Positions 38,613 to 45,971 of a stretch of DNA of 46,481 nucleotides are shown here, one piece after another (the stretch's first letter is position 1; each line of letters starts with the position of its first letter). The stretch covers positions 1 through 46,481 of IMG/VR virus record IMGVR_UViG_3300045454_000008. The stretch is one strand, 5' to 3'. Below the pieces are notes generated by a model. The model searched no databases. It saw only the letters and a program-made list of their open reading frames with translations, and was not told the origin of the DNA. A program made the position numbers and the translations under genes. The DNA is from a virus.

Positions 38613-39470
38613 GTGCTCTCAGCGGCAAGGGCGTTTGTGAAGGCGACCGAGACGGGCGCCCCGCTCCCCGAACTGGAGAACCTGTGGGATCTCCACCACG
38701 GGTTCTTCGAGTTCACGTTCCGCAAGTCCGAACTGACCATGATCTGCGGTCAGCCGGCGGCGTGGAAGTCGGGCCTGAGTGTGTGGCTGATCGCCCAGTG
38801 GGCGAAGAAGCACGGCCTCACCGCCCTGTACGTGTCCGGCGACATGGCACAGCACACGGCCACCGCCCGTCTCACCGCCGCCGTCAGCGGCGACACGACC
38901 CGGATGGTTCAGGAAGGCCGGGAGCGGGGCTACGAGGACGACTACATGGACCAGCTCGCGGACGTGCGGGTGCAGTTCATGTTCAACTCCAACCCCACGC
39001 TGGAAGACATCTGGTGCGAGATCGACGCCTGGGTGGAGATGTGGGACGCCTACCCGGACATCATCGTCCTGGACAACCTTCTGGACATCGTGCCCGGTGG
39101 TGGTGACAACGAGTTCTCCGGGTACAAGAGCGTCCTTCTGGACGCGAAGACGATGCGTCAGCAGACCGGTGCTGCGGTGTTCATCCTGCACCACATGAGT
39201 GAGGGCGCGTCGGACCCGGAGAAGCCCGCCCCCCGTAAGGCGATCATGGGCAAGGTGGCGCAGACGCCGGAGAACATCCTGTCGATCGCCAAGTCTGGGG
39301 ACAAGTTCTTCGTGTCGGTGGTGAAGCACCGGTCGGGTCCTGACGACCCGACGGCGCAAAGGTTCGAGACGTTCCTGATCCACCCCGACCGCAACCAGCT
39401 GGAGCGGTATTTCAACATGTCTGCCCCGCCAGTGGTGACGTGGCAGCGACCTGGAGAGGACGACGAGTGA
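38613..39470 (+). CDS. RecA/DnaB-like P-loop ATPase (helicase-type)
   Basis: ICGQPAAWKSG (Walker A with Trp where Gly is usual), IIVLDNLLD (Walker B), VFILHH. Confidence 0.6.
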   Translation: MLSAARAFVKATETGAPLPELENLWDLHHGFFEFTFRKSELTMICGQPAAWKSGLSVWLIAQWAKKHGLTALYVSGDMAQHTATARLTAAVSGDTTRMVQEGRERGYEDDYMDQLADVRVQFMFNSNPTLEDIWCEIDAWVEMWDAYPDIIVLDNLLDIVPGGGDNEFSGYKSVLLDAKTMRQQTGAAVFILHHMSEGASDPEKPAPRKAIMGKVAQTPENILSIAKSGDKFFVSVVKHRSGPDDPTAQRFETFLIHPDRNQLERYFNMSAPPVVTWQRPGEDDE

Positions 39471-39676
39471 GGGTCGAGGCTGGAATGCTGGCAGAGCTGG
39501 CTCGGATCAGTGAGCTACTGCTGAAGCCCGGCAAGGAAAAGGGCGACATCTTCTATGTGCACTCCGCTCGCCTGGCGGTCGTGGGCGACGACGTGGTGTG
39601 CGTCGAGTACGTCCCGTCTGACGACGGCGAGTCTCTGGATGTGCGGTTCGTGGACGGCCAGTGGGGTGGCGAGTGA
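39467..39676 (+). CDS. Hypothetical protein
   Basis: Trimmed to GTG 39467 (GTGA overlap). 69 aa. Confidence 0.55.
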   Translation: MRVEAGMLAELARISELLLKPGKEKGDIFYVHSARLAVVGDDVVCVEYVPSDDGESLDVRFVDGQWGGE

Positions 39677-40107
39677 AGGCGTTCGACGACGGCGAGGGCA
39701 GCGAGATCCTGACCGCGCACTACGACACCGACGGGGGTGTGCGGTTGGACTCCCTGGCGTCTCTCGCGGCGAGGGCGACGGACATGCCGTCCTGGGTGGC
39801 GAACGCTCTGGCTGACAAGTTCGAGCAGTGGGAGGGTCCCGCCACCCCGCGCCGGCAGGCGCTCATGGAGGCCGCCGACCTGATCGACAACGACAGGAAC
39901 GCCCAGTACGGGGAGCCGTCAGTCAACCTGGGGAACACCAGGGACATTTTTCAGGTGCTGTTCCCGGAGCGGCAGTGGACTGCCGCCGACGTGGCACGGG
40001 CAATGGTGGCGGTGAAGCTGGCCCGGTCTGTGCACCAGTACAAGCGGGACACGGGCGTGGACCTGCTGGGCTGGGCCGCCATCTACGTGGAACTGGAGGA
40101 GACGTGA
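39673..40107 (+). CDS. Hypothetical protein (conserved phage C-terminal module RNAQYGEP...KLAR)
   Basis: Trimmed to GTG 39673 (GTGA overlap). 144 aa. Confidence 0.6.
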   Translation: MKAFDDGEGSEILTAHYDTDGGVRLDSLASLAARATDMPSWVANALADKFEQWEGPATPRRQALMEAADLIDNDRNAQYGEPSVNLGNTRDIFQVLFPERQWTAADVARAMVAVKLARSVHQYKRDTGVDLLGWAAIYVELEET

Positions 40108-40460
40108 CCTCGCAGAACCAGAAGAACCGTCGCAAAGGCTCCCAGTATGAACTGGACGTGCTGGCATACGTCCGTTCGCTCGGCCTTCCCGCCGAGCGGC
40201 TGCGCCTTTCAGGTCGGTTTGACGAGGGCGATCTCGTCATTCAGGACGAAGACCTCACGTACATCTGCGAGTTGAAGAACGAGCAGAAGCTGAACCTCGC
40301 AGGCTGGGTCACCGAGGCCATCGTGGAGCGGGCGAACTATGCGAAGAAGCGGGACATCAACCCTGACGACGTGATGCCGCTGGTGGTGGTGAAGCGCCGA
40401 GGCCGCCCCATCGCGGACTCATATGTCGTAGTGCCGTTGAAGGAGTTCCTGGCCCCGTAG
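40104..40460 (+). CDS. PD-(D/E)XK nuclease, Holliday-junction-resolvase-like
   Basis: GTG 40104 (GTGA overlap). 118 aa. GSQYELDV...GDLVIQDEDLTYICELKNEQK fits the E...D...ExK pattern. Confidence 0.5.
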   Translation: MTSQNQKNRRKGSQYELDVLAYVRSLGLPAERLRLSGRFDEGDLVIQDEDLTYICELKNEQKLNLAGWVTEAIVERANYAKKRDINPDDVMPLVVVKRRGRPIADSYVVVPLKEFLAP

Positions 40461-40493
40461 GTGTTGACGTTGCGGTGTTGCTGTTGCTACACT
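40461..40493 (+). promoter_or_regulatory. Internal promoter candidate (best -35/-10 pair of the motif family)
   Basis: GTGTTGACG-N18-TACACT. Intergenic, 40 nt before ATG 40534. Contains the direct repeat GTGTTG...GTGTTG. Confidence 0.5.
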
Positions 40494-40533
40494 CGATGGC
40501 ATCACCCCACCGACCGCAGGAGGAACTGCGCTC

Positions 40534-41100
40534 ATGTTCACGCCCGAAGACCCCCGGCGCCGCTTCGTCTGGGACCTCATCGACGCCCGCTGGCCTGAGC
40601 TGTGGGACCAGCCGGCCCCGCTGAAGGCGACACCGGAACTCATCGCCACCATCGCCCAGGAACTCATCGAAGCGTTCCCCACGGGTTCGTGGAAGAACGG
40701 CGAGAGGAACGCCCGCAACCGCGCCCTGTCGCAGCACCGACGGATGGTGCGGTCCTGGCTGGACGACCCGGGTCTGCTGTCGCCGCACGTCGATCCGGTG
40801 GCCGTGCACCGTGCCGTGTCCTTCGACTGGGACACGATCCGCAACCTCACCCTGCTGGAGCGGGACACGTTCGTCACCGAGCTGGCGTGCATGACCGACC
40901 CGTGGTCGGAGCATGACGGGCGTTCCGGATTCGAGGACGTGGCACGGCGCTGGTGGCCGGGCTTCTTCGAGAAGCGCGGCATGGAGCCGACACCTTCGGA
41001 GCGGCGCAACCAGTTCCTGTCAGCCCCGCCGGAGGAGCGCCTGGCGCTGAACCGGCAGGTGAACAAGCGGCGCAAGGACATGCGGGAGGTGGCGGCGTGA
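40534..41100 (+). CDS. Hypothetical protein
   Basis: 188-aa ORF. GGAGGAACTGCGCTC precedes the ATG. Confidence 0.7.
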   Translation: MFTPEDPRRRFVWDLIDARWPELWDQPAPLKATPELIATIAQELIEAFPTGSWKNGERNARNRALSQHRRMVRSWLDDPGLLSPHVDPVAVHRAVSFDWDTIRNLTLLERDTFVTELACMTDPWSEHDGRSGFEDVARRWWPGFFEKRGMEPTPSERRNQFLSAPPEERLALNRQVNKRRKDMREVAA

Positions 41101-41522
41101 ACGACAACTTCGAGCGGCTGGTCGCTGACGACCTATACGAGCTGACCCGTCTCCTGCACACCGTCGGCTACGAGAAGTCGGGCGGCCTGCTGGGCGGCGA
41201 GTTCGGGTACGGCGCCGAGGTGGACAACGACGTGTTCGAGATGCACCCGTACTGGTGGGGCGACTGCCTCTGCGGCTACAGCGAGGCCGAGTGGGAGTTC
41301 GACAAGGCCTCCCACCCGACCGACTCCATGTGGCAGGAGTGGTACGAGCGCCACGACCACGAGCCCGACTGCCCCACCGTCCGCCCCAACTTCCGCCACA
41401 AGGCCAGCGGCGTCGAGGTGCGTTGGTACAAGTACCTCGGTCGCAGCATGGAGATCAAGGGCCTCGGCAGCCGCAAGCAGTGGCGGCGCATCATCACCGA
41501 GTGCGAGGAGGCCGTCGCGTGA
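41097..41522 (+). CDS. Hypothetical protein
   Basis: Trimmed to GTG 41097 (GTGA overlap). 141 aa. Confidence 0.6.
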   Translation: MNDNFERLVADDLYELTRLLHTVGYEKSGGLLGGEFGYGAEVDNDVFEMHPYWWGDCLCGYSEAEWEFDKASHPTDSMWQEWYERHDHEPDCPTVRPNFRHKASGVEVRWYKYLGRSMEIKGLGSRKQWRRIITECEEAVA

Positions 41523-41719
41523 ACAAGCCCTACGTGTTCAACCGGAACTACTGGCCGGCGCGCAGCCCTGACGGGCGGGTCAACAGGCGGTACCGATACC
41601 CCGATGAGACCCGCGACCGCCCCTGGGCGTGCGAGACGGACACCGTGTCCGACTACTTCGAGACGCACGCTGAGGCGATCCAGTTCGCCCTGTCCGCCAC
41701 GAGGGAGCCGACGGCGTGA
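41519..41719 (+). CDS. Hypothetical protein
   Basis: Trimmed to GTG 41519 (GTGA overlap). 66 aa. Confidence 0.55.
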   Translation: MNKPYVFNRNYWPARSPDGRVNRRYRYPDETRDRPWACETDTVSDYFETHAEAIQFALSATREPTA

Positions 41720-41886
41720 AGCGGGTCATCAAGCATTGGGCCGAGGAGGACGCCTATACCGGGTGGCGGCGCTACTACTGCTACCTCCAGCGGGCGGGGG
41801 CGGTCAAGAAGATCAAGCGCATGACCCACCGCCGTGAGCGCCGCGAGGCGCGGCGCTGGATCGCTGAGCAGACGGACGACGAATGA
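41716..41886 (+). CDS. 56-aa basic protein (below the track cutoff)
   Basis: Reads VKRVIKHWAEEDAYTGWRRYYCYLQRAGAVKKIKRMTHRRERREARRWIAEQTDDE. GTGA overlap at its start and ATGA overlap at its end. Confidence 0.5.
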   Translation: MKRVIKHWAEEDAYTGWRRYYCYLQRAGAVKKIKRMTHRRERREARRWIAEQTDDE

Positions 41887-42245
41887 TCGTCCCCCTCCGC
41901 CCGATCCTGGAGCACTACGCCATCTACTTCCACGACACCGACTCGTGGCAGAAAACCAGATGCCCCGTGCATGACGACGGTGTGCCGTCGTGCTCACTCA
42001 ATCTCGGCACCAACTACATGGAGTGCCACGCCTGCCCCTTCAAGGGGCACACCCTCGATCTCATCATGGCGAAGGAGAACCTGAGTGACCGTCAAGCCGC
42101 TCTTGCGTTCGCAAAGGGAATCCTTGGAGATGGCGACTTCCAGATTTCAGGAAGCTCTGGCTGGAGGTCCGGGAGAAGCGTTCGTCCGGGAGCGGGGTTT
42201 AAGCCCCGCTACGGTGGAGGACTTCAGAATCGGGTACGTCGCTGA
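41883..42245 (+). CDS. DNA primase, zinc-finger (CHC2-like) part
   Basis: RCPVHDDGVPSCSLNLGTNYMECHAC. After about 42128 the frame gives Gly/Arg/Ser-rich low-complexity sequence that is probably not genuine. Confidence 0.65.
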   Translation: MIVPLRPILEHYAIYFHDTDSWQKTRCPVHDDGVPSCSLNLGTNYMECHACPFKGHTLDLIMAKENLSDRQAALAFAKGILGDGDFQISGSSGWRSGRSVRPGAGFKPRYGGGLQNRVRR

Positions 42246-42741
42246 CAACACCACGCCCGGGTTCGAGCGGTTCGCCGGCAGGGTAGCCATCCCCAACCTG
42301 TGCGCCGCAGGTCACGTCGTCGGCATCAAGTTCCGGGAGATCCCACCCGCCGACAGCGGGAAGAAGTATGACGCCCCGGCGGGGCAGCAGAACCGCCTGT
42401 TCAACCTGCGCGCCCTCAACACCCCATCCGACTACATCGCCCTCACGGAGGGCGAGATTGATGCCATCAGTTTGGTGCAGTTGGGCGTTCCCGCTGTTGC
42501 TGTTCCCGGGGCGCAGGCGTGGAACAAGGCGCGACACTGGCGCCTGTTCGAGGGATACCGGCGCATCGTCCTGTTCCGTGACAACGACGACGCGGGGAGT
42601 GAACTGGTGAAGAAGGTCCTGGAATCCGACCTCCCTGTACTCGTGGTTAATCCCCCGCACGGCGTCAAGGACGCCAACGAAGCGCTCGTCGCCGGGTTCG
42701 GTGACGAGCTGGTCAACCTCGTGAAGGGTGCCATCAAGTGA
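42130..42741 (+). CDS. DNA primase, TOPRIM part (+1 frame relative to the zinc-finger ORF)
   Basis: FVRERGLSPATVEDFRIGYV, ALTEGEIDAISL, LFRDNDDAG (TOPRIM acidic motifs). ATG 42130; the track ORF begins at GTG 42085. Confidence 0.7.
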   Translation: MATSRFQEALAGGPGEAFVRERGLSPATVEDFRIGYVADNTTPGFERFAGRVAIPNLCAAGHVVGIKFREIPPADSGKKYDAPAGQQNRLFNLRALNTPSDYIALTEGEIDAISLVQLGVPAVAVPGAQAWNKARHWRLFEGYRRIVLFRDNDDAGSELVKKVLESDLPVLVVNPPHGVKDANEALVAGFGDELVNLVKGAIK

Positions 42742-43343
42742 AGTGCTCCGTGGAGGGGTGCGAGCGAGAGATCTGTGCGCGCGGCTGGTGCCGCAAGCAC
42801 TACAGCCGCTGGCACCGTGGCCTCCCGCTGCACCCGACGCCGCGCCGCCGGCCCAAGCCCAAGGTTCGCCTTCCGTGCGCCTGGGCCACCTGCGACCGCC
42901 TCGTTCAAGCCAATGGCTACTGCGCCATGCACAACGAGAGGGCCAAGCGCGGCGCCCCGATGGACGCGCCGCCCCGTCGCCGCATCCCCGGCGACACCTG
43001 CTCCGTGACGCCGTGCGGGGAGCCGCACCTCTCGGGCGGCTACTGCAAGCGGCACTACAACATCCGCAAGGTGCACCGGGTTGATCCCCAGGAGTGGCAG
43101 GACCGGTTCGAGGCACAGGGCCGCGCCTGCAAGGTGTGTCGCACGACAGATCCCGGCGGGAAGTGGTGGCACACCGACCACGACCACGCCTGTTGCCCGG
43201 ACTACAAGCAGTCGTGCGGCGAGTGCTTCAGGGGCGTCCTGTGCGGGCGGTGCAACGCCGCCCTTGGCTACGCCCGCGACGACGTGGAGATCCTGCGTGG
43301 CCTTGCCGCGTATCTAACCGAATGGCAGAGGAGCCGGACGTGA
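42738..43343 (+). CDS. Endonuclease VII-type nuclease with three N-terminal Cys-His knuckles
   Basis: Three (C..C......G.C..H) repeats, then WWHTDHDHACCPDYKQSCGECFRGVLCGRCNAALGYA. GTGA-coupled start. Confidence 0.8.
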   Translation: MKCSVEGCEREICARGWCRKHYSRWHRGLPLHPTPRRRPKPKVRLPCAWATCDRLVQANGYCAMHNERAKRGAPMDAPPRRRIPGDTCSVTPCGEPHLSGGYCKRHYNIRKVHRVDPQEWQDRFEAQGRACKVCRTTDPGGKWWHTDHDHACCPDYKQSCGECFRGVLCGRCNAALGYARDDVEILRGLAAYLTEWQRSRT

Positions 43344-44095
43344 GTGCAAAGATCCTTGCCCTGGACTTGGAGACGAGTCCGAACCTTGCCCACGTCTGGG
43401 GGCTGTGGCAGCAGAACGTGTCGCTCTCCCAGCTCCTCGGCTCCACCGAGGTGATCTGCTTCGGCGCCCGGTGGCTCGGCAAGAAGGCCGTCACCTTCCG
43501 CTCCGTGCACCACAACGGCAAGGAGCAGATGCTCCGGGACCTCCACGCGCTGCTGGATGAGGCCGACGCCGTGATGGGCTGGAACTCGAAGGGGTTCGAC
43601 TCCAAGCACATGAAGCGGGAGTTCCTGGAGGCGGGGCTGACCCCGCCGTCGCCGTACAAGGAACTCGACCTGATGCTGGCGTGCAAGAAGCACTTCCGCT
43701 TCCCCAGTTTCAAGCTCGACTACGTGGCCCAGCGCCTCGGCGTGGGCGCCAAGGTGAAGCATGAGGGACACGGCCTCTGGATCAAGTGCCTGGCCGGCGA
43801 TGACGCCGCCTGGAAGCGAATGAAGCGCTACCAAATCCAGGACGTGAACCTCCTGATCGACCTCTACGACAAGCTGCTGCCCTGGCTGGGCAGCACTCTG
43901 CCCAACGCCAACCTGTACGGCGACGGCACCAGGGTCTGCCCCAAGTGCGGCGTGGACGCCCTCCAGCGGCGAGGGTTCTACCACCTCGCCACCGGCACGT
44001 ACCCGCGCAACTGGTGCGACACCGCCAAGGGCGGGTGCGGTGGCTGGTCCCGTGACACGAACCGCGTGAACGCCTCCACGGTGGTCGCCGTATGA
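43340..44095 (+). CDS. DnaQ-like 3'-5' exonuclease (RNase H fold) with C-terminal zinc finger
   Basis: GTG 43340 (GTGA overlap). LALDLETSP (ExoI DxE), GWNSKGFDSKH (ExoII), YQIQDVNLL (ExoIII YxxxD), CPKCG...CDTAKGGC. Confidence 0.7.
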   Translation: MSAKILALDLETSPNLAHVWGLWQQNVSLSQLLGSTEVICFGARWLGKKAVTFRSVHHNGKEQMLRDLHALLDEADAVMGWNSKGFDSKHMKREFLEAGLTPPSPYKELDLMLACKKHFRFPSFKLDYVAQRLGVGAKVKHEGHGLWIKCLAGDDAAWKRMKRYQIQDVNLLIDLYDKLLPWLGSTLPNANLYGDGTRVCPKCGVDALQRRGFYHLATGTYPRNWCDTAKGGCGGWSRDTNRVNASTVVAV

Positions 44096-44556
44096 CCGAA
44101 TGGCGCCCCGTCCCCGGCTTCCCCGCCTACGAGGTTAGCGCGCTGGGTGAGGTCCGGCGTGGTGGACGCCAGCTTTCCCTATTCCAGGATGGCTCTGGCT
44201 ACCTCGCAGTCACCCTGTGCGAAGGCGGCGTGCGAAAGCGGTTCCGCGTGCACTCGGTGGTGCTTCTCGCCTTCGCCGGCCCGAGGCCCCGAGGCGCAGT
44301 CAGCCGGCACCTCGACGGCGACCCCCATAATAACGCCGCCGAGAATCTGACTTACGGCACCCAGAGCGAGAACATGCGCGATCGAATCGCGCACGGCACG
44401 GACCCCAATGCAAGCCGGTCCGAGTGCCACCGGGGCCACCCGTACACCGAGGCGAACACTTACGTCGGAATGAACCCCGGGGGCCGACCGTGCAGAGTGT
44501 GCCGCGCCTGCACGAGGGAGCGTCATCGTGCGAGGAGAGAGGCTCGTGTGATATGA
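44092..44556 (+). CDS. HNH endonuclease (NUMOD4-like N-terminus)
   Basis: EWRPVPGFPAYEVSALGEVR...HSVVLLAF...RHLDGDPHNNAAENLTYGTQSEN. ATGA-coupled start. Confidence 0.8.
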   Translation: MTEWRPVPGFPAYEVSALGEVRRGGRQLSLFQDGSGYLAVTLCEGGVRKRFRVHSVVLLAFAGPRPRGAVSRHLDGDPHNNAAENLTYGTQSENMRDRIAHGTDPNASRSECHRGHPYTEANTYVGMNPGGRPCRVCRACTRERHRARREARVI

Positions 44557-44849
44557 GTGTTGACGTTTCGTTGGACGAGCTGATCCTGCTCGGACTCGAC
44601 TTCCAGTTGAACGTCCCGTGTGAGCACGGGCAGCACAACCGCAAGCACCAGGCCGACGACCCCGCAGCGTGGGTCGTCATGTACCTGTGCCACAAGTGCC
44701 CGGAGCGCAGGCAGTACCTGTTGTGCGAATCAGGGCGCGTGTACATGCAGCCCCCCACCCTGCTGGGGTGCACGGGCGCCGGCTGCGGCGCCTCCGGCTA
44801 CTGGTCGGACTTCTTCATCCTCTGCGAACCCCTGGAGCGTGCCGCGTGA
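44553..44849 (+). CDS. Cys-rich protein coupled to the sigma-like gene
   Basis: ATG 44553 (ATGA overlap). 98 aa with 7 Cys, including CHKC. Confidence 0.6.
   Translation: MSVDVSLDELILLGLDFQLNVPCEHGQHNRKHQADDPAAWVVMYLCHKCPERRQYLLCESGRVYMQPPTLLGCTGAGCGASGYWSDFFILCEPLERAA
44557..44569 (+). promoter_or_regulatory. 13-bp motif copy GTGTTGACGTTTC (codons 2-6, S-V-D-V-S)
   Basis: Exact consensus, immediately after the HNH stop. Confidence 0.55.
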
Positions 44850-45577
44850 GTCGTGACGAGCGGTTCGCCCAGCTGTACTCGATCGCCCGCAAGGCTGCGG
44901 CCATCACCCACCACGCCAACCGTGACTTCACGGACCCCGAAGACCTCACCCAGTCCGCCATGCTGTGGCTGCTGGAGCACCCGGAGCGCATCGACCACAA
45001 CACGATGCCCGACGGGCGGTTGGCTCACAACCGCCTCGTGTCCGAGGCCGTCAGGGTGCTGGTGCGGCAGGCGAAGCGGGAACGCCGGCAGGCCCTCGGC
45101 TACGACCCTGACGCCGAGTACACGTACAGCGTGAAGCTGGTCGAAGCGGTCCTGCCTGGTGTGTTCGACCCCAACCACCGCCCCGTGCGCCCGGAGGGCG
45201 AAGAGAAGGTGTCCGGCAACCGTGACCCGTCCGAGGGGAACAACTGGGCGGCGTACGTGATGGACCTGAAGCGGGCCGTCCATGCGGTGTGCGACGTGGT
45301 GGACAAGCGCATCCTGTTCGCCCGCTCCGTGGGCGGGTGGACGTGGGCCGACTTCGGCAAGCGCTACTCCCAGTCCGGGGAGTGGCATCGGGTGCGCTAC
45401 CACGAGGCCGTCAGTCGCCTCGTGGCGTGGCTCAACGACGGGGTGGTCCTAGAGTCCAGCCCTGACGCCGAGATCCTCTCAGAGGCGCTCAAACCGGCCG
45501 TGACGGCCCCTCGTGTGGACGTTGCCACGTCATGGACGACGGCCGGCAGGGACCAGTACCGGGAACCGGAGCTGTAG
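44846..45577 (+). CDS. Sigma-70-family (ECF-like) protein
   Basis: GTG 44846 (GTGA overlap). 243 aa. FAQLYSIARKAA...DPEDLTQSAMLWLLEH resembles region 2. KRILFARSVGGWTWADFGKRYSQSGEWHRVRYHEAVSRLVAWL resembles the region 4 HTH. Confidence 0.5.
   Translation: MSRDERFAQLYSIARKAAAITHHANRDFTDPEDLTQSAMLWLLEHPERIDHNTMPDGRLAHNRLVSEAVRVLVRQAKRERRQALGYDPDAEYTYSVKLVEAVLPGVFDPNHRPVRPEGEEKVSGNRDPSEGNNWAAYVMDLKRAVHAVCDVVDKRILFARSVGGWTWADFGKRYSQSGEWHRVRYHEAVSRLVAWLNDGVVLESSPDAEILSEALKPAVTAPRVDVATSWTTAGRDQYREPEL
45513..45525 (+). promoter_or_regulatory. Motif variant GTGTGGACGTTGC (encodes R-V-D-V-A)
   Basis: One mismatch to the consensus, in the same codon phase as the other coding copies. Confidence 0.35.
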
Positions 45578-45585
45578 TGGACAAC

Positions 45586-45621
45586 GAAGAACCCCCCTCA
45601 ATGTCCGAGGGGGGTTCTTTC
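45586..45621. terminator. Bidirectional terminator between the convergent right and left operons
   Basis: GAAGAACCCCCCTC-AATGTCC-GAGGGGGGTTCTTTC. 13-14-bp stem. T-rich on the plus side and (via the upstream A-run) on the minus side. Confidence 0.75.
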
Positions 45622-45674
45622 GTATGTTCAGGCCGTGCGGTCCAGCTCGGCGCGCAGGGCGGTCGCGAGGTCGC

Positions 45675-45971
45675 TCATCGGTCGGCCTCGTCGCTCAGGT
45701 AGCCACCGACAGGTGCGAAAGTGCCGCGCCCCTCGAAGATGTGGACCTCGCTGTGGTGGCGACGCTCGACGCACCTGCCGTCCGGGTAGCCGTCGTGCGC
45801 GTCGCAGCGCGGACAGTGGCAGCTGACGCACCGGTCGACCTCAACGAAGTGCCCGGGCCGCGACTCGGCGTAGACCGACTCCCACGTGTGCCCGTGGTCG
45901 TCGAGGTTCGGGCGGGTCTCCCAGCCGTTCGGGAACGGGCGATCGGGGAGACGGACGACGACGGCGCTCAC
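45675..45971 (-). CDS. Cys/His-rich small protein, last gene of the leftward operon
   Basis: Trimmed to GTG 45971 (GTGA overlap with the stop at 45968). 98 aa. CVSCHCPRCDAHDGYPDGRCVERRHH. Confidence 0.6.
   Translation of the reverse strand: MSAVVVRLPDRPFPNGWETRPNLDDHGHTWESVYAESRPGHFVEVDRCVSCHCPRCDAHDGYPDGRCVERRHHSEVHIFEGRGTFAPVGGYLSDEADR

Noticed and set aside
45628-45678. 16-codon ORF (MSDLATALRAELDRTA), ATGA-coupled to the stop of 45675-45971.
   Set aside because: It is too short to support from sequence alone, although the coupling is suggestive. It lies just before the bidirectional terminator.
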